A stretch of DNA of 64,000 bases from an uncultured Gemmatimonadales bacterium (GTDB lineage: Bacteria > Gemmatimonadota > Gemmatimonadetes > Gemmatimonadales > JACORV01), in NCBI GenBank assembly GCA_963812035.1, contig CAWETG010000001.1, positions 132,590 through 196,589 of the forward strand. The letters are read 5' to 3'. The translations under genes and the position numbers were made by a program. The notes beneath the pieces were generated by a model, which was given only the letters and a program-made list of their open reading frames with translations, did not search any database and was not told where the DNA came from. Below, piece by piece: positions 28,293 to 36,766 of the stretch (within the stretch, counting starts at the first letter, position 1; each line of letters begins with the position of its first letter).

Positions 28293-29666
28293 CTAGGCCT
28301 TCGACCCGATCGGCGCCAGCCGAGCGGTGAAGTGCGGGAGCACGGGGGCCCGGGACACGATCCTGAGCCCCCGGATCGTGTCGCGGCGCGCCAGCAGCTT
28401 GATGCAGACGTCGACCACGTGATCGAGGTGCGCGTCGGTGTAGACGCGCCGGGGCACCGCCAGGCGCACCAGCTCCAGCTCCGGCCAGGTCCACTTCCCC
28501 GTGGCCTCGTCGAGCACGCCCTGCATCAGCCCGCCGATCTCGACGCCGCGGATCCCGCCCTCGAGGTAGAGCGCGCAGGTCAGCGCCTGCGCCGGGAACT
28601 CGGGCTGCGGGATGTGCGGCAGGAAGCGCCGCGCGTCCAGGTACACACCATGACCGCCGACCGGCAGCACGATCGGGACGCCGGCCGCCCGGAGCTTCTC
28701 GCCGAACCGGCCGACCTGGCCCACGCGGTGCTCCAGGTAGCGCTCGTCCAGCACTTCCTCGAGGCCGATGGAGATCGCCTCGAGGTCGCGCCCCGCGAGC
28801 CCGCCGTAGGTCGTGAAGCCCTCGATGAGGATCAGCATGTTCGACAGGCGGGTCGAGAGGTCGTCGTCGTTGGTGGCGATGAAGCCGCCGATGTTGACCA
28901 GGCCGTCCTTCTTCGCCGACATCGTACAGCCGTCCCCCAGCCTGAAGAACGCCCGCGCGATCTCCTCGATCGACATGCGGGAGCACTCCGGGTCGCGCTG
29001 CTTGCAGAACCAGGCGTTCTCTGCGAAACGGCAGGCGTCGAAGAACAGCGGAATCTTGTGCCTGCGGCACCACTCGCTCGTCTGGCGGGCGTTGCCGAGC
29101 GACACCGGCTGCCCACCCCCCGAGTTGTTGGTGACCGTGAGCATCACCAGCGGGATGCGTTCCTTCCCCACCTCGGCGAACACCCGGTCGAGCTTCGCCA
29201 CGTCCATATTGCCCTTGAACGGGTGCTCGTTCGTCACGTCGTACGCCTCGTCGATCACGCAGTCCACCGGGACGCCCAGGTTGTGCTCGACGTTGGCGCG
29301 CGTGGTGTCGAAGTGGATGTTGTTGGGCACGCGGTCACCGGGCTTCACGGCGGTCGTGAACAGCAGGTTCTCGGCCACCCGGCCCTGGTGCGTGGGGATG
29401 ACGTGCCGGTAGGTGGTGATCCGCCGGACCACCCGCTCGAGATTGAAGTAGTTGCGGCTGCCCGCGTACGACTCGTCGCCGAGCATGATGCCGGCCCACT
29501 GCCGGTCGCTCATCGCCGAGGTGCCTGAGTCGGTCAGCAAGTCGATGGTGATGAGCGAGGCGGGGACGTTGAAGAGATTGTAACCGGCGGCGGCCAGCGC
29601 GTCAGCGCGCTGCTCGCGGGTGGTGAAGGCGATGGGCTCAACGACCTTGATCTTGAACGGTTCCAT
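28293..29666 (-). CDS. Tryptophanase / tyrosine phenol-lyase family beta-eliminating lyase
   Basis: Frame of ORF 28293..29729, ATG 29666. MEPFKIKVVEPI...DLLTDSGTSAMS...IPTHQGRVAEN...SAKKDGLVNIGG (PLP Lys) closely parallels E. coli TnaA as recalled. Substrate not assignable. Confidence 0.85.
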   Translation of the reverse strand: MEPFKIKVVEPIAFTTREQRADALAAAGYNLFNVPASLITIDLLTDSGTSAMSDRQWAGIMLGDESYAGSRNYFNLERVVRRITTYRHVIPTHQGRVAENLLFTTAVKPGDRVPNNIHFDTTRANVEHNLGVPVDCVIDEAYDVTNEHPFKGNMDVAKLDRVFAEVGKERIPLVMLTVTNNSGGGQPVSLGNARQTSEWCRRHKIPLFFDACRFAENAWFCKQRDPECSRMSIEEIARAFFRLGDGCTMSAKKDGLVNIGGFIATNDDDLSTRLSNMLILIEGFTTYGGLAGRDLEAISIGLEEVLDERYLEHRVGQVGRFGEKLRAAGVPIVLPVGGHGVYLDARRFLPHIPQPEFPAQALTCALYLEGGIRGVEIGGLMQGVLDEATGKWTWPELELVRLAVPRRVYTDAHLDHVVDVCIKLLARRDTIRGLRIVSRAPVLPHFTARLAPIGSKA

Positions 29667-29668
29667 GG

Positions 29669-30466
29669 TCAGGGGGCCGCGGGACCGGCGCGCTCGCGCG
29701 CCGCCGCGCTCAACACACGGTCGAGCCACGGCTCGACATCACGGAACACCCGTGCGCGATGCGGCTCGTTGAACACTTCGTGGTAGAACCCGTCGTACAG
29801 CCGTACGCTCACGTCGCCGGCGAGCGTCCGGGCGAAGGCCTCGGTCGTGGGCCGCGAGACGATCCGGTCGTCGCCCGCCAGCAGCAACAGGAGCGGCACG
29901 CGGATGTGCCGGCCCTCCCCCACCACGGCCGCCTGGGCGGCGCGCACCTCGCGGTACGCCCGCGGCGTCATCACGCGGTGATACAGCGGATCGCTCCGGG
30001 CCGCCTGCCCGACGGCGGGGTCGGTCGAGAGATGCGCGACGTCCAAGCCGGTGCCGACGGGCATCGAGGGCATCACCTCGACCAGCACCCGGGCCAGCAG
30101 CAGCTTCCAGCGCGGCACCGGCATGGCGACGTCGAGGAACGGACTCGAGACGATGGCGCCCGCCAGGCCCTCCGGCTCGGTCTCCAGGTATCGCAGGGCG
30201 ACGGTGCCGCCGAAGGAATGGCCCAGCAGGATCTGCGGCCCGGCCTGCTCCAAGGCGACCAGCTTGCGCAGCGCGGCGACGTCGGAGAGGAACTGGGCGA
30301 AGCGCGACACGTGGCCGCGCTTGCCGGGCGAGCGCCCGTGTCCCCGCTGGTCCAGCGCGTACACCCCCAGCCCGCGCTCGGCGAACCAGGCGGCCACCTC
30401 CGCGTAGCGCCCGCTGTGGTCGCCGAAACCGTGGAGCAGGATCAGCGAGCCTCGCCATTGCCCCAC
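29669..30466 (-). CDS. Alpha/beta hydrolase (lysophospholipase / monoacylglycerol lipase-like); true start probably upstream at a non-canonical codon
   Basis: ORF 29669..30466 (GTG). LILLHGFGDHSGRY and GHSFGG nucleophile elbow. The in-frame upstream sequence encodes FGDVEFWTAADGARLALRRAQP with no ATG/GTG/TTG. Confidence 0.75.
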   Translation of the reverse strand: MGQWRGSLILLHGFGDHSGRYAEVAAWFAERGLGVYALDQRGHGRSPGKRGHVSRFAQFLSDVAALRKLVALEQAGPQILLGHSFGGTVALRYLETEPEGLAGAIVSSPFLDVAMPVPRWKLLLARVLVEVMPSMPVGTGLDVAHLSTDPAVGQAARSDPLYHRVMTPRAYREVRAAQAAVVGEGRHIRVPLLLLLAGDDRIVSRPTTEAFARTLAGDVSVRLYDGFYHEVFNEPHRARVFRDVEPWLDRVLSAAARERAGPAAP

Positions 30467-30543
30467 GGGCTGCGCCCGCCGGAGCGCCAGCCGGGCTCCG
30501 TCGGCCGCGGTCCAGAATTCGACGTCGCCGAATGCGGCCAGCG

Positions 30544-31869
30544 TCAGTTCCCTTCTCCCAGAACCCGCCGCAGCGCATCCAGCGCGGCCTGGGCCGCGCG
30601 GCGCCGGACGACATCACGCTCGCCGGGAAACACGTATTGGAAGGCCCGGACCTGCCCTCCTGAGAGTGCGCCGATCCACACCGTGCCGACCGGCTTCTCC
30701 ACCGTGCCGCCGCCGGGGCCGGCGATGCCTGTCACCGCCACCGCGACTTCGGCGCCGAACGTGCGCGCAACCCCCGACGCCATCTGCCGCGCCACCGCTT
30801 CGCTCACGGCGCCGTGGGCGGCCAGGGTATCCGCGGAGACGCCGAGCAGCCCGAGCTTCACTTCGTCGGCATACGCAACGACGCCGCCCAGGAACACCCG
30901 GGAGCTGCCCGGGATCGCGGTGAGCCGGCCGCCCAAGAGGCCGCCGGTGCACGATTCCGCCACCGCCAGGTGCGCCTTGCGGCGCTCCAACTCCGCGAGG
31001 ATCAGCGCCGCCAGGTCGGCGTCGCCTTCGCCGTAGCAGTGGGCGCCGAGCAGCGGGCGCAGGGCCGTCGCCGCCTTGGTGAGCGCCGCGCCGGCGAGGT
31101 CGGCCGAAAGCCCCCACGCTGTGAGTCGCAAGTCGGTCCCTTCGGGACTCGGCAACCAGGCCAGCGTGAGGTGCTCGCCCAGCCAGCGGGCGGGGTCGCC
31201 CACCTTGTCGGCGAGCGCAGACTCCGAGATGCCCGTCGTGCGCAGCGTCCGCGACACGATGACCTCTCCGCCCCCGTGCCCCTGTGCCCCCGTGCCCCCG
31301 TGCGTCTGAACGTCTGTGCCCCCGTGCCCCCGTGCCGCCGTGCCCGCCTGCCTGGTGAGCAGCTTCGGGATCACCTCGTGCTCCAGCAGGCCGCGCATCT
31401 CGGCCGGCACGCCAGGAAGCAGCACGGCCAGGCGCCCGCGCTCGTCCTCCAGCCAGAGGCCAGGCGCGGTGCCCCAGCGATTGGGCAGCACAGTGGCGCC
31501 GTGTGGGACGTCGGCCTGGCGCTTGTTCGCCTCCGGCATGGGACCTCGGCCCAGGCGCGTGAACCGCTCCTCCAGCGCCGTCATGATCGCTGGATCGCGC
31601 ACCAGGGCGCGGCCGAACACCGCGGCGACCGCGTCGCGCGTGATGTCATCCGGCGTGGGCCCGAGTCCTCCCGTGACGACGACCGCACCCGTGCGATCGA
31701 GGGCCGCAGCCACCGCCTCGCGCACCGCGGTGGCGTCGTCGCCCACGCTGGCGCGCCGGGTCAGCCGGATCCCGGCCGCCGCCAGGGCGCGGCCCGCCTC
31801 CGCCGCGTTCGTGTCGACCGTGAATCCGAGCAGCAGCTCGGTGCCGACGGTCAGCAGCTCGCAGTCCAC
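30544..31869 (-). CDS. cinA: CinA-family protein (MoCF-type domain plus nicotinamide-nucleotide amidohydrolase PncC domain)
   Basis: Frame of ORF 30544..32220. GTG 31869 lies 2 nt after the pgsA stop. VDCELLTVGTELLLGFTVDTNAAE at the N-terminus and AESCTGGLLGGRLTAIPGSS in the C-terminal domain. Confidence 0.8.
   Translation of the reverse strand: MDCELLTVGTELLLGFTVDTNAAEAGRALAAAGIRLTRRASVGDDATAVREAVAAALDRTGAVVVTGGLGPTPDDITRDAVAAVFGRALVRDPAIMTALEERFTRLGRGPMPEANKRQADVPHGATVLPNRWGTAPGLWLEDERGRLAVLLPGVPAEMRGLLEHEVIPKLLTRQAGTAARGHGGTDVQTHGGTGAQGHGGGEVIVSRTLRTTGISESALADKVGDPARWLGEHLTLAWLPSPEGTDLRLTAWGLSADLAGAALTKAATALRPLLGAHCYGEGDADLAALILAELERRKAHLAVAESCTGGLLGGRLTAIPGSSRVFLGGVVAYADEVKLGLLGVSADTLAAHGAVSEAVARQMASGVARTFGAEVAVAVTGIAGPGGGTVEKPVGTVWIGALSGGQVRAFQYVFPGERDVVRRRAAQAALDALRRVLGEGN
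31270..31345. repeat. GGGGCACG/CGTGCCCC octamer-type tandem repeats inside cinA
   Basis: ccgcccccgtgcccctgtgcccccgtgcccccgtgcgtctgaacgtctgtgcccccgtgcccccgtgccgccgtgccc. Encodes RGHGGTDVQTHGGTGAQGHGGGE on the minus strand. Confidence 0.75.
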
Positions 31870-31871
31870 GG

Positions 31872-32507
31872 TCAGCGCGCTGAGGCGCGGAACAGCGCGC
31901 GGTATCGGTACAGGTAGACGGCGAACGAGTAGACGGTGAGCAGCACGGCGAGCGCGAGCGTGACGGCGACGAACGCGCCATGGAACTTGTCCCAGGCGTC
32001 GCGGAGCCGCCCGGTGAAGCCGGTCTTGACCAGGAACTCCTTCCAGGCAAACCAGGCGATCGTGCCCCCGATGAACAGGTACTGCAGGATCGCCTTGAGC
32101 TTCCCTTCCCGGCCGGCGGGGATGACGACGCCGCGCTTCTGCGCCTCCCAGCGGAACGCCGTCATCAGCAGCTCGCGGCCCACCAGCATCACCGCGACCC
32201 ACAGCGGCAGGCTCCCCCACCAGGGGATGCCGTAGAGCACCGTGGGATGGCGGGTGAGCCAGTAGATCGGCACCAGGGTCGCGATCAGGAGCGCTTTGTC
32301 GGCGGCGGGATCGAGCAGCTTGCCGAGGTCGGTCACCTGCCGGCTGCGCCGCGCGAGGTAGCCGTCGATCACGTCGCTCACCGCGGCGACCACGAAGATG
32401 AAGAACGCGATGACCTTAGGCCAGTAACCCTCGATGAACGGCAGGAGCGCGATGACCGGCGCCAGGCCGATCCGCGCGAGCGTCAGGATGTTGGGCAGCG
32501 TCCACAT
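31872..32507 (-). CDS. pgsA: CDP-diacylglycerol--glycerol-3-phosphate 3-phosphatidyltransferase
   Basis: ORF 31872..32507. CDP-alcohol phosphatidyltransferase motif DGYLARRSRQVTDLGKLLDPAADK. Confidence 0.85.
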   Translation of the reverse strand: MWTLPNILTLARIGLAPVIALLPFIEGYWPKVIAFFIFVVAAVSDVIDGYLARRSRQVTDLGKLLDPAADKALLIATLVPIYWLTRHPTVLYGIPWWGSLPLWVAVMLVGRELLMTAFRWEAQKRGVVIPAGREGKLKAILQYLFIGGTIAWFAWKEFLVKTGFTGRLRDAWDKFHGAFVAVTLALAVLLTVYSFAVYLYRYRALFRASAR

Positions 32508-32513
32508 GCCCGG

Positions 32514-33191
32514 TCAGCCGAGCGACTTGAGGACCAGCTTGCTGACGGCCTTGAGCGTTTCGAAGACCCCGTCGCCGGTGATCGCCACCGCCTCGTAGGT
32601 CGGCGCCCGCTCCACCCACTCGCCGGTGGGGAGCTGCCACACCAGATACTCGCCCGACCAGTTGGAGTCCGGCGTCACACGCTGCCGGTCCGGGTTGGTC
32701 AGGGGCCAGCCGGGATTGAGCGACGCCTGGAGGTCCTTGACCGGCGAGGCGTTGGGGAGGTCGCGCTTGTTGTACTGGATCACGAACGGCAGCTTCGTCA
32801 GGTCGTAGCCGTACTCCGCCATATTGTCGTACAGGTTCTGCATGGACTCGATGTTCGCCTCCATGCGCTCGACCTGGCTGTCCGCGACGAACACGATGCC
32901 GTCCACGCCCTTGAGGATCAGCTTGCGGCTGGCGTTGTAGTACACCTGGCCCGGCACCGTGTAGAGGTGGAACCGGGTCTTGAACCCGCGGATCGTCCCG
33001 AGGTCCACGGGCAGGAAGTCGAAGAACAGCGTGCGCTCGGTCTCGGTGGCCAGCGAGATGAGCTTGCCGCGCGTGTTGGGCTGCACCTTGCCGTACACGT
33101 GCTCGAGGTTGGTCGTCTTCCCGCCCAGCCCCGGGCCGTAGTAGACGAGCTTGCAGTTGATCTCGCGCGAGGCGTAGTTGATCATCGACAT
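32514..33191 (-). CDS. mglA: Ras-like GTPase MglA (with an insertion of about 30 aa)
   Basis: ORF 32514..33191. [29 protein letters not shown]...[13 protein letters not shown]...VIQYNKRDL closely parallels Myxococcus MglA as recalled. Confidence 0.85.
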   Translation of the reverse strand: MSMINYASREINCKLVYYGPGLGGKTTNLEHVYGKVQPNTRGKLISLATETERTLFFDFLPVDLGTIRGFKTRFHLYTVPGQVYYNASRKLILKGVDGIVFVADSQVERMEANIESMQNLYDNMAEYGYDLTKLPFVIQYNKRDLPNASPVKDLQASLNPGWPLTNPDRQRVTPDSNWSGEYLVWQLPTGEWVERAPTYEAVAITGDGVFETLKAVSKLVLKSLG

Positions 33192-33209
33192 GGCGCGCGC
33201 TCGCTCCTG

Positions 33210-33701
33210 TCAGTCCCCGAACAGCTTGTCGATCTCATCTTCCGCCTCTTTGGTGCCGAAGCCCTCGACCTTGGTGCTCTGGGTGCCGGACCGGTTGAAC
33301 ATGTCCTCGAACACCCGGGTGAGGATCTCGACCGTTCCCTTGAACTTGAGCCGCACCAGGCCAAGCGTCGTGCGGCTGTCGAACAACGCCACCAGGATCA
33401 CGCGCCGCGCCACGTCCGCGAGGTACATCGACTCCTTCTCGCCCTGATGGAACAGCGAGGCGAACTCGTGCTCGCCGATCATCTTGGCGAGCTGGTCGTT
33501 GGCGCTGAAGTCGGCGGCGGTGAGCGACGCGAAGGCCTGCGGGTCGAACTGGGGCGGCTCCCCCACGTTCGCCACCACCTGGCCGTTGCGATCGACCAGC
33601 ATCAGGCTCTTGACGTTGGTCTCCCGCAACAGGCCATTCATGTGTTCCGTGATGGCCTTGTAATCCTCTTCGCGGAACGACCAGCTCGACGCACCCGGCA
33701 T
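33210..33701 (-). CDS. mglB: MglB (Roadblock/LC7-domain GTPase-activating partner of MglA)
   Basis: ORF 33210..33701. Roadblock-like LMLVDRNGQVVANVG...ILVALFD. Immediately upstream of mglA. Confidence 0.8.
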   Translation of the reverse strand: MPGASSWSFREEDYKAITEHMNGLLRETNVKSLMLVDRNGQVVANVGEPPQFDPQAFASLTAADFSANDQLAKMIGEHEFASLFHQGEKESMYLADVARRVILVALFDSRTTLGLVRLKFKGTVEILTRVFEDMFNRSGTQSTKVEGFGTKEAEDEIDKLFGD

Positions 33702-33714
33702 CCGTGCTCCGCTG

Positions 33715-33984
33715 CTACGAGAGTTGCGCTTCCATCCGGCGAACGATGGACTCGGCCCGGCGCCGGAGGGCGGGGTGCTCCTCCCAGGCGAGGTAGTCGC
33801 GCAGCACCTGCACCGCCTCGACCCCCGGGTGCCCGCTCAAATACCCCAACGCCGCCAGGCGGCGCAAGGGGCGGGCGCTGAACAGCGCGGTCCGCCACTT
33901 CCCCATCGAGCGCTGCGCCAGCACCGCGCCGGCCAGGAACCCTGTCGCCACGGCCGCCGCGACGTACAACGACCGGTGCCTCAC
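33715..33984 (-). CDS. Small membrane-anchored HEAT-repeat-like protein
   Basis: ORF 33715..33984 (GTG overlapping the recR TGA). TM LYVAAAVATGFLAGAVLA, then RRLAALGYLSGHPGVEAVQVLRDYLAWEEHPALRRRA. Confidence 0.5.
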   Translation of the reverse strand: MRHRSLYVAAAVATGFLAGAVLAQRSMGKWRTALFSARPLRRLAALGYLSGHPGVEAVQVLRDYLAWEEHPALRRRAESIVRRMEAQLS

Positions 33985-34586
33985 GGGCCCGGAAACCGGC
34001 GGCGCGCCGACAGGGCCTGGGCGATGGTCTCGCCGTCGGCGTACTCCAGCTCGCCCCCCACCGGCAGCCCGCGCGCCAGCCGGCTCACCACCAGCTCCGG
34101 GGCGCGCGCGCGCAGGGTCCGCTCCACGTAGTGCGCCGTCGCTTCACCCTCCACCGACGGGTTGGTCGCCACGATCACCTCGCGCACCAGCGACCCGTTG
34201 GCCAGCCGGTCCAGCAGCGCCGGAATGTTCAGCCGGTCAGGCCCGACGCCGTCCAGCGGCGAGAGCCGTCCGCCCAGCACGTGATAGCGGCCCCGGTACT
34301 CGCCCGCCCGCTCGATGGCCGCCACGTCCGACGCCTCTTCCACCACGCAGATCAGGCCGGCGTCGCGCCGCGGATCGGTGCAGATGGCGCACGGGTCGGC
34401 CTCCGTGAGGTCCCCGCAGCTCGAGCAGGCCCGGACTCGCTCGCCAAGCGCGGCCACGGCACGGGCGAGCCGCGCGGACTCCTCACCTGGCTGCTTGAGC
34501 AGGAAGTACGTCAGGCGCTGCGCCGTCTTGCGGCCGATGCCGGGGAGCTTCGCGAACTCCGCGACCAGCTCCTCGATGGCGGACAC
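33981..34586 (-). CDS. recR: Recombination protein RecR
   Basis: ORF 33981..34586. HhH LPGIGRKTAQRL, zinc finger CSSCGDLTEADPCAIC, Toprim ICVVEE. Confidence 0.9.
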   Translation of the reverse strand: MSAIEELVAEFAKLPGIGRKTAQRLTYFLLKQPGEESARLARAVAALGERVRACSSCGDLTEADPCAICTDPRRDAGLICVVEEASDVAAIERAGEYRGRYHVLGGRLSPLDGVGPDRLNIPALLDRLANGSLVREVIVATNPSVEGEATAHYVERTLRARAPELVVSRLARGLPVGGELEYADGETIAQALSARRRFPGP

Positions 34587-34588
34587 GG

Positions 34589-34903
34589 CTACAACGAGAA
34601 GGGCAGCGGAAACGGCAGGACGCTCTGGACCTTCTTGATCTCGTCCTGGGCCAGCTCCGCCGCCCGCTTCTGCACCTCCGCCACGGCGGCCACGACGAGA
34701 TCCTCGAGCATCTCGACATCGCCGCCCAGCAGGCTGGGATCAATGTGGACTTCCCGCACCTGACCCCGCCCGTCCGCCGTCACCGTGACCATCCCGCCAC
34801 CGGCCGAGCCCGTCACGGTACGCTGCGCCAGCTCACTCTGGATTGCCGCCAACCGGCCCTGCATCTGCTGCCCAAACTGCAGGAGCCCACGAAGATCAGT
34901 CAT
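34589..34903 (-). CDS. ybaB: Nucleoid-associated protein YbaB/EbfC
   Basis: Frame of ORF 34589..34939, ATG 34903. GQQMQGRLAAIQSELAQRTVTGSAGGGMVTVTADGRGQVREVHIDPSLL. Confidence 0.85.
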   Translation of the reverse strand: MTDLRGLLQFGQQMQGRLAAIQSELAQRTVTGSAGGGMVTVTADGRGQVREVHIDPSLLGGDVEMLEDLVVAAVAEVQKRAAELAQDEIKKVQSVLPFPLPFSL

Positions 34904-34941
34904 TGGAGGAAACCTAGGCCCGGGGTGGGCCCGTGGCAAGG

Positions 34942-36729
34942 CTAGTCGAGAAGCTCCAAGTCCAAGCTATCCATAGCGCTATCCAGTGTCGGATCCTTCT
35001 GACGCAGGGCCTTGAGCCGCTCGGCCCTGGCGCCGGTCGCGGTGACCCGCTGCGGCGGCGCCGGGGGGGTCGGCGATTCCTTGACCACAGCCGCCGGCGC
35101 GGGTCCCGCCGGGGCGTTCCGTGGCGCCGCCGGAGCATCGCCCAGGCCGACGCGTACGGACGCCCCCATGATGCGCCCCATAATGGCCTCGATGGAGGCG
35201 CGGGAGCGCGTGAGCCCCTCAACCGTCATCGGGTTGCCGCCGAGCGCCTGGAGGCGGACCGCCGCGCCGTCGCACGCCACCGGCGCCGTGTCCTCCAGCG
35301 CACTCGCCAGCATCGGCTTCTCGGCCTTGGCCGCGGCCACGATCTCCGGCCAGGCGGCGCGCAGCGACTCCAGCGTGAGCGGGCCGCCGGAATCCCGCAT
35401 CGCCTGGGCCTTGAGCGCCGGCGGTGGCGCTTCCGCGACCGCAGGTGCGGAGACGGCTGGCGCGGAGTTCGAGGGAGCGGGTAGGGGCGGCGCCTGCCCA
35501 CCTGCTCCCTCGTGTCTCTTAACCCCTCGCAACTCGGCGTCTCGCAACTGTCCTGCAGTGGCGTCTCGCAACTTCCCCGCACTCTGCCCACTCAGTAGTT
35601 CTGCTATCTGTACGGTGCGGTCCATAACGGTCCACCGCACCAGCAACGTCTCGACGGAGAGGCGTGGATTCGCGCCGCGCCGGATCGGCTCCTCCGTCTC
35701 CTCGAGCGCCCGCAGCATCCGCAAGAGGTCGCCCGGCTCGAACTGCGGTGCGATCCGCAGGACGTGGACGCCGAGCGCCGACGACACGCCGTCCGGCTTG
35801 CCGCCCAGCCGCGTCGCGAGCAGCGCGCGCAGCAGGTCGCCCGCGCCATCGGTGAACGCGGTGAGGTCGAGGCCCGCTTCCGCGAGCTTCGCGACGAACG
35901 GGAACACGTCGCCGGCCCGGTGCTCCGCGACGATCGCGAGCAGCTCGGCGAACAGCTCGTCGCCCACCAGGCCCAGCACCTCGCGCACCCGTTGGCTTGT
36001 CAGGGCCCCTTCGCCGAACGCGGTCGCCTGGTCGAGGACCGAGAGCGCGTCCCGGAGGCCGCCGTCGGCGACGCGCGCGATGATCTCGATGGCGTCGTCG
36101 TCCGCGTGCAGCCCTTCCTGGTTGAGCACGCCGCGCACCCGCTCGGCGATGGCCTGCGGCCCCACCCGCCGGAAGTCGAACCGCTGGAGGCGGCTCATCA
36201 CGGGAGCGGCGGTGTTGGTGATCTTGTGCGGCTCCGTGGTGGCGAAGACGAAGACGACGCCCGACGGCGGCTCCTCGAGAATCTTGAGGAGCGCGTTCCA
36301 GGCGTCGCGCGTCAGCATGTGGGCCTCGTCCACGATGTAGACCTTGTGGCGGCCCTCCTGCGATGCCGCGTACATCGCGCGCTCCCTGAGGTCGCGCGCA
36401 TCGTCCACCCCGCGATTGCTCGCGGCGTCGATCTCGACCACGTCGAGGCTCGCCGAGCCGGCCCAGATGCGCTCGCAGGAAGAGCACTCGCCGCACGGCT
36501 CGCCCGGCGCCGCGGTGGGCCGGCCGGCGTGCCGCGCCTCGCAGTTCAGCGCCATCGCGAGAATCCGCGCGGCCGTGGTCTTGCCCACCCCCCGCGGGCC
36601 CGCGAACAGATAGCCGTGCGCCACCTTGCCCTGCTCCACGGCGCCCGTGAGCGCGCGCGCGACGTGCTCCTGGGCGATCAGCTCGGAGAAGAGCCGGGGG
36701 CGATACTTACGCGCTAGCGCGAGATACAC
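34942..36729 (-). CDS. dnaX: DNA polymerase III subunit gamma/tau
   Basis: Frame of ORF 34942..36807. GTG 36729 gives VYLALARKYRP (alternative ATG 36807). Walker A GPRGVGKTTAARI and zinc module CGECSSCERI. Confidence 0.85.
   Translation of the reverse strand: MYLALARKYRPRLFSELIAQEHVARALTGAVEQGKVAHGYLFAGPRGVGKTTAARILAMALNCEARHAGRPTAAPGEPCGECSSCERIWAGSASLDVVEIDAASNRGVDDARDLRERAMYAASQEGRHKVYIVDEAHMLTRDAWNALLKILEEPPSGVVFVFATTEPHKITNTAAPVMSRLQRFDFRRVGPQAIAERVRGVLNQEGLHADDDAIEIIARVADGGLRDALSVLDQATAFGEGALTSQRVREVLGLVGDELFAELLAIVAEHRAGDVFPFVAKLAEAGLDLTAFTDGAGDLLRALLATRLGGKPDGVSSALGVHVLRIAPQFEPGDLLRMLRALEETEEPIRRGANPRLSVETLLVRWTVMDRTVQIAELLSGQSAGKLRDATAGQLRDAELRGVKRHEGAGGQAPPLPAPSNSAPAVSAPAVAEAPPPALKAQAMRDSGGPLTLESLRAAWPEIVAAAKAEKPMLASALEDTAPVACDGAAVRLQALGGNPMTVEGLTRSRASIEAIMGRIMGASVRVGLGDAPAAPRNAPAGPAPAAVVKESPTPPAPPQRVTATGARAERLKALRQKDPTLDSAMDSLDLELLD
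35521..35574. repeat. Three TTGCGAGAC-family units in frame within the dnaX linker
   Basis: Minus strand aagttgcgagacgcc / cagttgcgagacgcc / gagttgcgaggggtt encodes KLRDA-TAGQLRDA-ELRGV. Confidence 0.75.
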
Positions 36730-36766
36730 TGGGGATGGGCGCGGGGAGGCATGTTCTGTTTCCGCC

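Noticed and set aside
30544-32220. 558-aa version of the CinA ORF, with a 117-aa N-terminal extension.
   Set aside because: The extension overlaps the well-supported pgsA gene in another frame and has Arg/Pro-rich junk composition. The CinA homology begins at the GTG 2 nt after the pgsA stop.
34942-36729. Programmed -1 frameshift site in dnaX (A AAA AAG-type slippery heptamer plus hairpin), as in E. coli.
   Set aside because: I noticed no A-rich slippery run in this GC-rich gene. Gamma/tau production, if any, cannot be inferred from the sequence.
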